A stretch of DNA of 62,631 nt, filler included, from Hausera hauseri (Eukaryota): assembly GCA_046269625.1 (NCBI GenBank). It is 10 parts of 10 records of this genome, joined end to end, with 100 filler letters (N's around TTAATTAATTAA, not from the genome) between each part and the next. Parts side by side here need not be neighbours in the genome. Positions count along the whole stretch, not along the records: positions 7,858 to 13,817 come from JBJURY010162421.1; positions 13,918 to 20,572 come from JBJURY010077994.1; positions 20,673 to 32,274 come from JBJURY010084435.1; 7 more parts are not named here. One strand, 5' to 3'. The notes under the pieces are model-generated. The model saw only the letters and a program-made list of their open reading frames with translations. It had not been told where the DNA came from and made no database searches. The position numbers were made by a program, and so were the translations under genes. Positions 13,371 to 27,900 of this stretch are shown one piece after another. Numbering within the stretch: the first letter of the stretch is position 1; each line of letters starts with the position of its first letter.

Positions 13371-13798
13371 TGTCGGTAAATATAACACATTATAATAAAT
13401 AAACCAAATCATCGTTCATGTTGGTTGCAATTATTGAGCAATGCAATTGCATTAAGTTATGTAGGTAAATATAACATACATAATAATCAATAAAGCAATA
13501 CCTTATGAAATATATATGTAAAGTCAGGTAATATAGGTAATATACGTAATTTGTACGTAAAATGTAAGTAAGATGGGTAATCTATATGTAATATAGCTAA
13601 TTAAGGTGAAATATAAGTGACATGTATCCTAATACATATGAAATATAGGTAACATATAAGTCATATTGTAGGTAAATATAACACACATATTGTAATAAAT
13701 AAATCAATTCGCCATGCATGTTGGTTGCAAGCAGTGAGCAATGCAAATGCACTAAACTATGTAGGTAAATATAACATGCATAATAATCAATAAACCAA
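13371..13798. repeat. Imperfect ~130-nt direct duplication, period about 296 nt
   Basis: GGTAAATATAACAC...CATGTTGGTTGCAA...GAGCAATGCAA...ATGTAGGTAAATATAACAT occurs at ~13371-13498 and ~13667-13798. Confidence 0.8.
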
Positions 13799-14175
13799 CG
13801 CACTAATAATTAAAACCNNNNNNNNNNNNNNNNNNNNNNNNNNNNNNNNNNNNNNNNNNNNTTAATTAATTAANNNNNNNNNNNNNNNNNNNNNNNNNNN
13901 NNNNNNNNNNNNNNNNNAGGCAGCATAATTGATTTTATCTACCCAGCTTTCCATTTTTTTCATTGTTGACTTTAAAAAGATATTCACTACCGTATTTCGT
14001 TTTTATCCGAAAAAAAGTTTCGCTTTTTCACATAATCTACTGCTTTGGATGCATACGCATGATTTATATGGATTTCAGAATCGGCTGGTGGCAGAACGAG
14101 GTTATAGGGACATCATAATGATGCTTGATCTGGAGTATTATTAGAGTCTGATGTTGGTTGAATATCGATGTCGTT

Positions 14176-15117
14176 TTAGTTTGGTTTGCACTCTTTCGTC
14201 CTGATGTTGTCGTTAAAGTCATTTGTCTGATTTTCCTGATCGACAGACGGATTGGGCTTATCAGTCACTTGACTCGAATCAGAAACTGGAGATGTCACAA
14301 CTGAATTGTTGGGATTTGGCCATGTTGGGTTTTTCACGGAGTCAGCATTCGACTTTTGTTTGAGAGACTTTGATTTAAAACTTTTCATCGACTCACTATG
14401 CCTTGTCAAAATTTTCGACTGAGTGCTATTAATATTATTGTAACTTCTGTAGTGATCTTTATACATATAGATGGTCATATCTCAGAGGCGTCTGTAGAAT
14501 AACTTTTATCCCCTCTTTCCAAATGAAGTTTTTTGACCACCTGGTTCTTTCAACCATTTTCTAACAATATATCCATTCATGAATTTTCTGCAGTTTGAAT
14601 CTCCAGGTTGGTTAAATCCAACAGAATACATTTGACTACTGATCTGTTTGGATAAATCCATGATATCCGTCTTTGGCATATTCATTATTCCGACAAGCTC
14701 ATCGTCCATAGGCCATCTGATTGGCTCCTGACTGATGGCTTCAAATAATTCTTTAAGGTTATCTGTTGGAAAGTTATCGCCATCGTTTAGATCTTTGAAA
14801 TTAGTGACGAATTCGTCGCAATTCATTTTCAGAGCTGTCGGACTATGAAGATTGGTATTGAGAATGATCAATTCACACACATGAGTGTATAACAGGCATC
14901 TTCAGCACTGTACATTTGACTATTGCACGTTATGTACCGCTTGGAAAAATGATGCATGATTCGTTGTTAAAACTTCCAATTTAGCATCATTCAAATGGTT
15001 TATGTTTGTATCAACTGGAATTTCAGTAAATCCATGTCGTATCGTATCTAACCTATCACCAATAAATTCACTACTCTGGCTACTCTTTTCTAGCATGTTA
15101 TCATTAAATAATTCCAT
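14176..15117 (-). pseudogene. EFA6/PSD-like ARF-GEF (Sec7 C-terminus plus PH start), disrupted and intronless
   Basis: SAEDACYTLMC/(frameshift)ELIILNTNLH...MNCDEFVTNFKDLNDGDNFPTDNLKELFEAISQEPIRW (Sec7), then GYIVRKWLKEPGGQKTSFGKRG*KLFYRRL*DMTIYMYKD (PH). Confidence 0.78.
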
Positions 15118-15178
15118 TAAAACTTAGTAAATGCATGAAACTCTAATAGAAATTCATGCAATTATAAAACACTAGTTT

Positions 15179-15629
15179 TGTAAAGACCGTCTAACGGCGA
15201 CTAAAAATGAGCCACAGTCAATCGAGGATCGATGACGAGAGTTGATGCCAGTTCATCGGAAGATGTAACGAATAGTTTTTTTGCTGTTGATCGGTGAGGA
15301 GTTTTGAAGTTGTCGTAGGTATGCCTTAAAATTTATCCTTCTGAATAATGTCTGAATTAAGCGATGATGCATTAGGTAGATAGGAATTGGTACAGAGAAA
15401 CGAATCATACATCGCTTTAACGGGTTGCTGCATAACAAAATGTTATTCGGTTGAGAGATCGCGTTAGTACTGAAATGCTGCCAGAAGTTCTGATTGACGC
15501 ACTTGAAGCGGTATTAAATTCTTAAGGCGGGGAAGTCTGACCCGACTATGGATCCGACGCGACAGCAACGGACGCCCGGCCGTGCCCAACCAAATGGGCC
15601 AAAGAGCACCAGCCGCTGTGGGCACCACA
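15179..15629 (-). repeat. Probable 3' LTR of Gypsy element B
   Basis: PPT AGGGGGGGGTAA (15641-15630) is followed by TGTGGTG at 15629. Candidate end ...TTTACA at 15179 coincides with a drop in GC; the partner LTR is not in the contig. Confidence 0.6.
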
Positions 15630-18600
15630 TTACCCCCCCCTGAAGCAAAGTGAAAACTATGAAGACAAAAACAGATGGAAAGAAACAAGCGCTAAACAAA
15701 ACAGTGTATATATCAGTTGGTCTTAGTGTGGACGAGAGGTTGGGTACCTTCTACTGATTTTCCCTGCTATACTTGCTGAATGTGACTGTGCGTGTTTTGT
15801 TTTTATGCTGTGTGATTGCTTGCAAAGGTTGACGTTGGGGAAAAAATGGTCAGATTTTGTTGTTAGTGTTGTGTCATGCAAAGAGGAGTCAGAAAGAAAA
15901 GAAGAAAAGATGAAGGAGGAAGAGAAATTATTGAAGACGGATGGCTAAAGGTAATCAAAAGAGTGTTAGAAGACGGAGGAATGATAAAAGGTGTAGTGGC
16001 GGATAAAGGAAGAGAGAAAAGAGTTGGAGTAGAAGTTGGAATTGAATTGTGTGAAAGAGTGGAAGTGGAAGATGAAACAGAGGTAGTGGTAGAGAGAGGA
16101 AGAGAGATAGGGATAGAAGTAAAGAGAGGTGGAAGTTTCGAAACGGAAGTGAAAGGGTAACAGGCGATGTGTGAGGAGAAAGGTAGAAAGAAAGCGCCGA
16201 AAATGAGGAAGGTGTGGAAGGTGAAAAACAGAGAGAGAGAAGACGGCGAAGAGGTACAAAATGTGAGAGAGCAAGAAGATGGAGAAGGCGAAGGAAAGTA
16301 GTTGGAAGGTGGTGTGCAAGAGGCTGAAATGATAAAAGGGGTGAATGAAGAGATTGGTGAAGTCGAATTGGTGTTTAATGGTGGCTGTACTGTAAAAGGA
16401 GAAAGCAGGTTGTTATGAGGGGATGAAAGAGGTGTGGAAAGGCTTGAATGTACAAAATTGGGTGGGGAAAAGCGGCTGAATTGTCAGAAGAAATTGAAGT
16501 AAAAGTCTTGGGCGAAAATGTAGGGAAAAGTGGATTAAGAAGTTGAGCAGAGATAGAAGGTGAATTGTTGGATTGATACGCGTCGTGTGAAGATGTTGGT
16601 GGAAAAAATGCCTTCGATGGGAGACGTAACGTCAATGAAGAAAGCCGGTTTAGCGTTGTTGATGTGGACTATTACTTCTTTGTCGTCCTTGAGGATGATG
16701 ATGTTGTGGGAATGTAAACGAATTACTTTGTAAGGGCCGACATACTGAGGTTAAAAACCATAAGATGTCTGATTCTTTAACCAAACGAACTTGTCAGTAT
16801 ATAAATCGTCGGGTATGTAAGGTTTATTTTCGTGTAATAGTCTAAAAAATGAGTCTTTATGGATCTCAATGAAGTGTTTCTGTTCCGCTTGTATGATTTC
16901 GTCTGTAGGAAAATTGTCCAGCTCAGTCAGCTCGAATAACGATCTGATGGAAGTGCCAAATATTGCTTCTGCAGGTGAACGGCCTGTAGAAGTAGATGGT
17001 GTGTTCCGCCAGCCAAGCAGAACGTACAAAAGGAGTGTGTTCCAACTGCGATTGAACTCAGCGAGAATTTTGAGAGACGTTTTCATCGTTCGGTGAAAGC
17101 GTTCAAGAAGGCCATTTGATTGGGGATGATATGGTGACGTGTGAATGTGGTTAATTCCCAATCGATTGACAAGAGCTTTAAACAGGTTGGATTCGAACTG
17201 TAGACCTTGTTTCGAAATGATATGGCGAGGTGATCCAAATCTGTTGATCCAAGTGAGGATAAAATCGTCTGCGATGGATTCTGTGTTGGTGCTACGAAGC
17301 GAGACGGCCTCTGACTATGGCGAAGAACGGTCCATCAATATGACGTTGAACTGATGGCCCTTGTTTAAGGGTAATGGGCTTACAAGGTCAATGTGAACAG
17401 GTTCAAAACAAGATGTGCAGGGGAAATGAAATAATGGTGGCTTTCGGTGCTTAGTAACTTTGTATTTTTGGCATGCCACACACTGCCTAACCCATGCCTG
17501 CACGTAATAGCGCATCGACGGCCATACTACTTGGCGTTGTAAGAGTCGAAAAGTGGTCTTGTCACCGGGATGATGCAACGAATGAATGTTGTTAAATGCT
17601 TCTTTTTGAAGCTATTCAGAAAGGATAACTTTAGGATTATTAGGTTTAGAAGTGTCAAAAGCCACACCGTCGATAGTTTTGAATGATTGAAAAGACTTAA
17701 GAATGTCAGGAGGTGGCTGGTTTTGCTTAAGTTTGGATTGAGGAAAAATTGGTGTAAAATTAATCGAGGACAAGAAGTCAGCTACTAAATTGCCGACTCC
17801 GTTTAGGTGCTTCATTACAAAACTAAATGTTGACAAATATGATATTTGCCTCTCCTGACGTGGAGAAGGCGATTTAATGGTGAGAATTTGAAGGAAAGGC
17901 TGTGGTCCATTTTTATGGTAAAAGTTCGTGAAGATAGTAGTTGTTTAAAGTGTTTTACGGCAAGGACCATTGCAAGCAACTCTCGGTCAAAGGTGGAATA
18001 TCTCTGCTCTTGTGCTGTGAATTTTCGAGAAAAGAATTCTAATGGCTCATGGGATTTATTTTTGACTTGATGGAGGACAGCACCTGGAGCTGTTATGGAT
18101 GCGTCCGTGGTTAAAAAGAGTTCTGCATGGGAGTCTGGATAGGCCAGAATTTCTACAGTTTTTAAATTGTCTTTGAGGTGTTCGAAAGCGTTGAGTAGCT
18201 TGGTGGTCCACTGAATAGGCTGTTTCTTCTTGCCAGAGCTTAGTGATGCAAATGGAGCGATTAGAGTGGAGCAGTGTGGAACATACTTATGAATAAAGTG
18301 CAAGTTTCCGAGGAAAGAGCGCATTTCTGTTGATGTACGTGGTAGTTGTATGTTTTTTAGCTGTGTGATGCGCTCTGGCTGAGATGAATGTCCGGAGGAG
18401 CTAATAACATGTCTTAGCACGTTGACCTTATGTTGAAAAAAGGAGAATTAACGAATTTAATTGGCAAATTGTTTTGGTGCAAGCGCTGGAAGAGTAGACG
18501 TAAGTGTTCGGAGTGTTGTTTCGAGGAGGATGATGCAATTACGATATTATCAAATATAGGGATAGGCGAAGTCTAAACCTGATAGGACTGTATATATATG

Positions 18601-20572
18601 CCTTTTGAAGGTCTTGGAAGCGCTACGTAGTCCAAAAGGCATAAAAAGGTATTCGAAAAGGCCGAAAGGTGTAATGGCAGCTGTTTTCGAAATGTCTGCT
18701 GGGGCCACCGGAATTTGGTGGTATGCTTTGTGTAGATCAATGCAGGAAAAGATAGTCGCACGATGGAGCCTGTGAAGGATATCGTTGATTAATGGTAGAG
18801 GGTAGGCATCCATTGTTGTTATAGTGTTAAGTTGGCGGTAATCACCGCATGGGCAAAAGTTGTCATCTTTCTTTGGAACCACATGTAGTGGTGAAGACCA
18901 GGGGGATTTGGATTTTCTGATTATACCTGATCTTTCCAGTTCGAGTAACTCAGCCTCCACTGCCTGACTGCTACGAGGCGATAGCGGACGGATTTTTTGA
19001 CGTATTGGTCTTTGATGTGCTGTTGCTATGTGATGGAAGGTGGATTGAGGTGGTACGAATGATTTGTCCTTCTGCAACAGATGCGTGCAGGAAGACAAAA
19101 TGTATTGCTGTAGATCAAAAGGCAACGATAAAAATTATCCAATGGTGTCGATTCATCGTGACTGGATGCAGTTGAGGCATAAGTTGTAGACAAGGTGTTG
19201 TGACAAGGTGCTATATGGTGCAGGATATTCTTGTTGAATATGGTGTTGGCGGCTGTGCTATTAGTAATAGGTGCCACGCAGTTGGCAATATCGTATTTGT
19301 CACCGTAGTAAAATTTCTGTATAATGAGTGATTATAAAAATAATTTAAATTGAAAGTCGTTTGCTTAAGTATTGACTTGTTGGAAGCGATCGCCAGGGTA
19401 AAGATTATTTCCGTACTTTAAGGAACATCGTTTGCAATCTACAAGTAAATTGTAGTGGAACGGAAAGTCTGAACCCAATATAGGTGTGCGTACATTGGCT
19501 ACTGTAAATTTCCATGTGAATGTATTTGTGAAGTGTGGAAGAGTGAATATTAATGTAGTAATTCCAAAAATTTGTAAAGGTTTACCGGACGCAGTGAACA
19601 GATGCTTTTTTGAAGTAAAATTGTTTTGGATGTGTTGTGTTGGTGGTAGTAAGTAGATTGCTGCGCCGGTGTCTATAAGAAAGTTAATGTTTTGCTTTGT
19701 TGGAGTGATGAATGCTGCTTCCAACGTGAATACAGAAAAAGAGATATGTCGGCTATGTTTTTGCAGGTTGTTGCCTTTGCTAGAACTTGCCGTGTGTCTA
19801 GCGGTGAAATCAGTTTTTTGAAGCTGGTGAGTTTGGCCTACTGTTTTGTGTGAGCTTAGTAATGTTGGTCTTATTGTGTATGTTGTAGTTACAACCAGGT
19901 AGTCATTTTTATGCTTTTGTTCCAAATTTTGAAAGATAGATGCAAGCAATGTTGCTTGTATTAAAATCGGTGGAATAAAATTTACAACCGATGCAGCATT
20001 TTTGAGCATTGTTATCAAATTTGCTATAATAGTAGCAAATAGACGATCGCGCGGGCGACGTCAACCGTCTTTGATGTTGATTAAATACATTAGGGAAAGC
20101 AGATCTAAAAAAACCCCGTCGAGGCAGCGTTAATTCGTTTAATTTTTCGTTTATGTTGTTTTTTGTCTTCTGTAAGTTTTCATTTTCCGTGCGTAATTGC
20201 GCAATTTGTTGCTGCACCATTGCATTTTGTTGTTGTTGCCCTGTTGTTAATGCCGCAGAGATAGTTGGTGTTGTGAGTGAGTGAGGTACTTCATATGCTT
20301 TGTCTGCCAGTTCGGCTAGCTTCTCCAGAGCCGTGGACTCCTCGGCCATGGTAAGCAAAGCTCTTATTTGAAGGGGCAATGCATTTAAAAAGTAACGGAG
20401 AATAAGTTCTGGACTATGCTCAGATGTTACGCCAAAGGTGTTGAGGTGAGACAAGGATGCGCGTAAGAATTCAGAAGGCTTCTGAAGACACATGGTGTTA
20501 TCGTTGAAGAATTTTTGAATGATTGAATCGATTGAAGGCTCAGTCAGCTTGATAACGACATTATAAAGTTGA
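15630..20572 (-). mobile_element. Decayed Ty3/Gypsy LTR retrotransposon B (gag-PR-RT-RH-IN)
   Basis: Gag QKPSEFLR...FLNALP...LAELADK; PR FLIDTGA; RT SPWSSPLHVVPKKD, GDYRQLN, IDLHKAYHQIPV, TPFGLFEYLFMPFGL; RH TDAS and YSTFDRELLA; IN HHPG...CVACQ and YHPQSNGLLERFHR. Confidence 0.95.
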
Positions 20573-20672
20573 NNNNNNNNNNNNNNNNNNNNNNNNNNNN
20601 NNNNNNNNNNNNNNNNTTAATTAATTAANNNNNNNNNNNNNNNNNNNNNNNNNNNNNNNNNNNNNNNNNNNN

Positions 20673-20816
20673 AGAAATCAATGGCAAGTCGGAACCATCA
20701 GTCAACTATATCCAGGAAAAGATGGTATCACTAGAATCGTAGAGATCGAAATCGATGGAAAACAAATCATTCGGCCAGTAAAGAAAATATGCAAAGTCGA
20801 AAACGATTTAAATTAA
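20673..20816 (+). mobile_element. C-terminal end of a BEL/Pao integrase
   Basis: RNQWQVGTISQLYPGKDGITRIVEIEIDGKQIIRPVKKICKVE*, the DUF5641-type C-terminal motif. Confidence 0.85.
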
Positions 20817-21542
20817 AACGCTAACAATTAAAAATAAACTAATATGAATATATAATAAGTAAATATAGAAAATATATATATTGAGTCGTGGGTTGTTAAG
20901 AATCGTTGATCTTTTACTAAATAAATAAAAGAATAGAGTAAATCAAGTCCTTCTAAGCTACAAAAATTGTTTCTTTAGATGTTGAATCCTTATAAAGTGA
21001 CTAACTATTTCCTTTCAGGTTACCACTTGATCTCGCCTGAATAACGCTAGTCACTAAAATAGCATTGATGTAAAATAGTTATTGGTGTTAAATAAATCTC
21101 TTTTACTTGATGAAATCATATCGGTTGAAATCTTAGTCTTCGTAGTAATCTGTGTCTGACACATGATATTGTTAAATGTAATTCAGTTGTCTTGCTATTC
21201 CACCTACATATCGATCACTTCTTATAACTTTAGAAACCTTAAAACATTCTTTGTTATTCGTCATTTATTTATCTATAACTTTAGTAAACACCCTTTTTCT
21301 TCATTTTGAATGTAATATGGATGATTTAAAAACATTATGAGGTTGATGTTTTAATTGAATTTTATTCACTTTTCGAGGTTTCCCTCTCATTACTCAAAAA
21401 GTCCTTTAATTCGTTTTCGTGAATAGCGTGAGTTAAATTTAAATGTTCGTCAAAGAAATTTTCTCTATAATTAAGGTTAAATAAAGCTAAGTAGCACAAA
21501 CCTATAATTCTTTCTTTTGTTTGTTGAAGACGGAATGCCTTC

Positions 21543-21570
21543 AAAAAGGGGGGAAAATGTATAGATCAAA
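21543..21570 (+). promoter_or_regulatory. Polypurine tract and LTR start of that BEL/Pao element
   Basis: AAAAAGGGGGGAAAA followed by TGTATAG at 21558; closely resembles the PPT of element A. Confidence 0.65.
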
Positions 21571-21930
21571 AATAATTAATTAAAATCAGAGGTGGGGGCT
21601 GAGACGGCTGGCGATGGTGTATCGCGGTGTAAATCACGATTTCGGCCAAACAACTATAATTCTAATGATAACGAATTCCATAGACTCGTGGAACAAATGT
21701 TATCAGAACAGATATGGCTTGTAACTATCAAATCGACGAAGAATAAATCGTAGCTAGGATTTATAAAGCAAGATGACCTTTCTCATGTAAATTGTGTAAA
21801 GTTTTCTTTATTTTGTGAACTTTATATGAGTTTTTTATTTTTTTGTTTAAAACGTTGTCAAGAAGATTGAATTTTGTAGACGTTAAAAAATAGAAATTAG
21901 AAATCGTGTTGAATCGATAATTTTCAAATT

Positions 21931-24900
21931 TTGAATAGTAAGCAGACTTTTATCCGTGTTAAAGAAAGTTATATTTTGTCTGTGTTAATGAAAATGGACC
22001 GAAAAGAAAGTAAAGTATTAAAAAGAAATGATGATGAAACACTGAGAATTACATTTGGCATCTCAGGTGGGACTCTCTCAAAATCCAAAACAGAAAAACC
22101 CATTGTTCATTTTCTAAAATTACAATTAGATGTCTTCAGTTGTTACAAAAGAAACAGAGGTTGTACAGTGACGAAATTACCCAATACTTATTTCATAGAA
22201 CAGAAAATGTTTTATTTGTTTATATATATTTGTGAAATTGAATGCGTGAGTGCGAAAATTAATCCGGTTGAAATTCAAGAAAAGCGTCCTTGGATTTATG
22301 ACGCCGAGAAAAATGTAATGGTTTATGGAAAGAAAGTTCATCAAGGTTCCAAAAAACAAGCCAAAGATTCGGAGAAAAGTCGCATGAAGTTGAGCGAAAA
22401 GTGGGAAATTTTCAAAATAAACAATGTTGAGAATGAAAACGGTGCGAAACGAGTGAAATGTATGCAGAAGGTGTATGCAGAATGGGAACAGTTACCCAAA
22501 TTTGAAAATCCGAATGAATCAATTTATTACCGACTAAAGTTCAAAATAATTTTTCCAAAAGAACTTGAAACAAACTATTATTCAGTTATTACCAATACAT
22601 CGTCATATGAAATTGAATTGAAAGACGACCCAGCACATGGTGTTGCTTGTGAGTTTAAACTCTCGAGGTTTGATAATCAAAATCCAAAAAAAGAAGCCGT
22701 AAAAATCGTAACACTGCCAGAAGAAAAACCAACGAAACCACCAAGAGATATTAAAATATTCAACATGACATCCAGTTCTATAAATCTTGTCTGGAAAAGT
22801 CCAGATGCACGTTTTCGAAATGGAAAAATCATAGTTTACGAAATTGAACTTAAGGCTATTATTCCAGACAAAGTGTTGGAAGTAAAAAACGTTACAAATA
22901 ACTCCATTACTTTAACAAATTTTCAAAACCAAAAATACAGTGTCAAAATTCGATGTTACACAAACAAGGGAAGTGGACCATGGACAGACTACTTTTACTT
23001 TACTTTCAGTCCTGTAGATATTCGTCCACCAGATTCAATTAAAGCCTTTCGAGTAAGTGAAACAAAAATTAAAGTAACGTGGAGGATTCCAAAAAATGGT
23101 GACTTCCAGCCATTAGAATTTCTAAAAAATGTACTTGGTTTCGTCGTATATTACGCTACAACTGATACATCCGACATAACTTCTGAATGGGCTTCTGAAA
23201 AATTATATGAAGAAGTTTATAGTCATAAAATAAAAAATATCAAATCAACCAAAGATTATTTCATACGAATGAGTTTAGTCGATCGGTATTACCGAATTGG
23301 TATTTGGTCAGATCCAATAAGGCCGAAACGAATTGCTTCAAGCTCATACGAAGAACGAATAGTCAAAAATTTTAAATGTTGTTCGACACAAGACAGATCT
23401 ATAGAAGTATGTGGTGAATATCCAAATAATACTGAGGCGTTAGAAAAAATACTCATTTCATATACTGGTCAAAATATTTACTGGTCTGAGGAAAATTCCC
23501 AAAAACTTGAATTAACAAAAGAAACCAGCACTATATGTTTATACAAACCGAAATTATTGGAATTCGCTGAAACATTACAAGAACTAAATCCGTTTACAAA
23601 ATATACAATTCAAGCCACGCCAGTTTATTCAAAATTATCAGAAATTAATTCGAATTTCATTTTATCTACCACAATAGAGTGTAAATCATTAGCAGCTGCT
23701 CCAAGCGAAGTTCGTCAACCAGAAATTTTGGTAGATGTGAATTCAAAGCAAATACTGAGAATATATCGATGTTCTGAACGAAACGGAAATATAAAGTATT
23801 ATCATTTAATAATAACACCTTTCAAAGGATTGAATAATGTCATGATCCCGTCATATGTGAACGATCCCAACTCATTGGCCATCATGGAATTGGCAACAAA
23901 ATTAAATATGAAAGATGATAAGGCTCACATTATTGTATTTTCCATATCGATCAATGATTTATTTAAAAACGATCTTTTTACGGACTTCATAATTGCAGAT
24001 AGTATTATACCCAAACATTACAATAGTGGAGCAAATGATATCTTGTTTTACAGATCAGCTCTTAGAGCATGTATTGAGACATTCGAAGGTAAACCCTTGT
24101 GTAATACTAGTTTATGGTCAGAACCATTTGTTCTGTCCGAAACGTATTCTGGAAATACTCTAACAAAACCAGTACTTCAATTTTCAAATGGTGACTCAAA
24201 ATTGAGAAATGAAAATCAAAACGTCATAACATTATCGGTAACCTTATCCGGTATTTTGATAGCCGTTATTAGCATAATTACTGGCTGTGTTGTACATAAA
24301 CGGAAAAGTCTTAAGAAAAAGTGGAGCTTTGCCGAACACATAAATTCTCCAGAGATTCTTCAAGATGCTCAATTTAAGCCTTTGATGTCAGTCAACTCTT
24401 CGAAAGTAGACAGAGTACTTCCTGAACCGAATCATACTCATTATAATGTAAATTCACTCCAAAATCATCAGAAAAATGTTCATTCTGTTTGTTTGAATTT
24501 TAACTCAGTTCCAAGTCATCAAAGTCCCTTACTCAAAAAACGAGAAGAAGAAGCTCCTAATTTAGTAAATATCAAAGACAATCCATTATACTCTCTCAAC
24601 AATTCATTTCATCCAAAAACTGAGGCCCAGAAACATTCAAATCATGATTCAGAAATCTTAATCAGTGATATAATTGGTAATTTATCGCGTTTATTTATAA
24701 ACTATATGATTAAGGAAATTGATCAAATTGATTTCCTTATGACGTTCTTGAAGGAATTACATGTTTTATATGCTACGTGCATTCTTGGACTGTGGAATTA
24801 CAAACGTTTCCTGCGGATATTTAAATCGGAAAATTTTGTTAAACCTGCAGAAACTGCCAAGGTATTTGATGATTTGAATTTGGGAATGCATGTAGTTTCT

Positions 24901-27900
24901 CAGGCTGGCCAAAAAGAAGTATCAGTGAAAGAAATGAAAGCAATGACAATATTTCATCTTACTGATTTAAATGTTAGAGGTATTAAGCATCGTTTGAGTC
25001 AACTTGAAGCAAGACCAAAAAGAATGGCAACGGTTAATTCTAGGTATAAAGAAATCTCTTCATCTGATGAATCTGACGTATATACCAGTGACTCACCAGT
25101 TGACGGATATATGCTGCAGATTGAATGCAATAATGATGAAAAATGGACCAATCTATCTGACGATCTTATTGTGAATCTTCGATATAATTGCAAAGCAATA
25201 CCTAGCAAAACAGCACCAATAAGGTTTAGAGTGGCGGCAGTAAACAACATCGGTATGAGCGATTACTGTTGTATTGATAAACCATTTTCATTTGAAAGTG
25301 AATTGAAATCAAACAAACCAGAAAATTTACGTCCACTCGAAGATTCAAAAGTCCTTTTATCAAGCAAAATAATCCTTAAATGTGAATATAAATTGGGAAC
25401 CCTTGAAGCAAAAGTCATTTGGTTGAAAGATAATAAACTTTTAAGAGGTATCACAAGAGCAGATGTAAACATAACAAAGACCTATGCCAAATTTGTTATC
25501 GAAATGTCAAAGATTGAAGATGCAGGGTGTTACATGTATCGATTGGAAAATGACTTTGGTACAGATTTATGTAAATCTCTAAACGGACCGAATTCGACCT
25601 GTTACGATCTTCCATCGGGCTATGGTTGTCTTTGTCCCAAGGGTTACCTCAACAGTAAAACCAATCCCCAACTGTGTACTGATGACAATGAATGTCTCAC
25701 ATTAAAACATGATTATCCAATCGGAATCAGTGTTTGCCAAAATACATTCGGTAGTTATAAGTGCCAATGTAAAACCAGTTTTACAAACGAATCATCGGGA
25801 AATTGTACAGATGTAGACGAATGTAAATTGGGAAAGGTCAAATGTAAAAATGGCATTTGCATAAATACCCCAGGATCATATCTATGTAACTGTAATGCCG
25901 GATTTCTTCTTGTAAATAACGCCTGTGAAGATATTGATGAATGTTCATTGGACAGTGCTAGTGTTACGTTTTCGATTTGTGATAAGGTAAATGGCGACTG
26001 TATCAACACAAATGGCAGTTACAATTGCACATGTGCAAAGAGATATAGTATGAGTAATACGTCAACAACGTGTATGGATATTGATGAATGTTCATATCCT
26101 GATACTTGTTTAAATGGACTCTGTAAAAATATCCCCGGTGGCTTTGAATGTGTGTGTAGTCAAGGGCATAAATTGGACAATGGAAAATGTACAGAAATTG
26201 ACGAATGTGCCGACAAACCAGACAGGTGCGGTACATCCGATGCTGGAACTTGTGTTAATTTGCCGGGAACATTCAAGTGCAATTGTTCATCGGGTTGTAA
26301 AAATTTCGGCAAAGTACCGACTGCTGAATGTGTTCGGACAAATCAATGTTTACGAAACAACGTCAAATGCCAAGCGGATATTAATATTGATTCAACACAT
26401 AATATATACAAAATGTTCAATGGATTGATGACCTTGGTAACTTCTCTACGATCGACACTTGCAGAATACAAAGAACAATTGGAATCGATTTTAAAAAATG
26501 AAAAAAGTGCTCTTCTTCTTCGAAATGAACAACTTCTTATTCAATTGGGTGAGTCAAGTAACGCACTCGAAAGCGATGTTGCAGAAAAGTTGTGTTTTCT
26601 GGAAGAAGAATTGTGTAAAGAACGTCTATCAAATTTAAGGCAACAAAATGAAATTGATGGTCTCAAACGTCTCCAACCAAATGACATGCAACATATAAAA
26701 TGTTTATATTGTGAAAAACCGAATGCTATTACGCAATTTCCATCAGAACAAACCAACGATGTTCGTCGGAGTTTTTCAACAGTAGAAAATAAATATTCTA
26801 CAAATTTAAACGATTTTGAGAAAAGTGAAAAGAAGTATTCATCATGTGATAATATCAATGCATCCAATGTTGGTGAAACGGTAGAAACCGATGACTTCTT
26901 ATTGTCTCCCGATAAACTCAGAGATGACATTGATGAATCGAGGAACTATTTCTTGTCTACCGACGATCTTGTAAATATGCCCAGGTACAAAATTAGCAGA
27001 ACCCAACCTAATGTAGATGATATTGAAGGTATAATTGAAAATTCGTGGTTGAAAGTTGGCCCTAGTGACGGAGATAGAAGATCATCGATTTTCTCTCAAA
27101 ACGTCTGCGGTACACAGCAACCAGCCGAAAGTAATGAAGATGAAAGCAATGTCCAAAGTTCCGTAATATGTCCAGTACAGAACAAATTAAAAAGAACGAG
27201 AAGTCGAAGCTCCTCCAGAAGCAGCTCGAATGATACGAGTGATGCTAACAGTGTAGATGTTTTAGAAGAACAAAAAAAATTGGCTCAGGAATTAGAAATT
27301 CGGAATTCACGAATGACATCAAAATCTCCAGCCATATCCTTGTTAAATAGTAGTCTTTTGTCGGATGATTTGAAATCAGTCACGCCAACAGCATTTGAAA
27401 TTGATCCTGAGTTGATCAAATCTGATAAAGTCGAGTATTTTCCAAATATGACAAGACGTGTATCATCGACATCCTTAGATGATAAAACGTCAACAGAAGT
27501 TCCCGTAACCGTGTTGGAGACTGATGCAGGGATTCAATCATATATTAGTTTATACGATGAAACTGATCGGGGATCTAAAACTACTGTACCAGATTCTCAA
27601 AATGCCGAAATTAAATCCAAACTACCCATTATATCAGTTGACGAAATAGATCAGATTGATTTTCAAGTAAATCAATTAAATGTAAGTTTGGAAGATAGTT
27701 CAAGGGGAATAGAGGAATCAACTGATGACTTTATAATGGAACCATTAGCAAAGCCATTTACCAGCTCTAGACGTTCTCCAATATCCTCGACAAGTGATGA
27801 ACAACTTAAAGAAAATCGTAGACCCAAACATGTCAGAGGTAGAAGGCCTAACACTATTATTGGATTGACTGGATCCATTCAAAAAGAGTTGTCAGAAGAT

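Noticed and set aside
13371-13798. CRISPR-like array
   Set aside because: Only two degenerate units in eukaryotic DNA; no repeat-spacer structure and no cas genes.
15876-16635. Extra ORFs in the 3' region of Gypsy B
   Set aside because: Explained by strong purine/pyrimidine strand bias; no recognisable domain.
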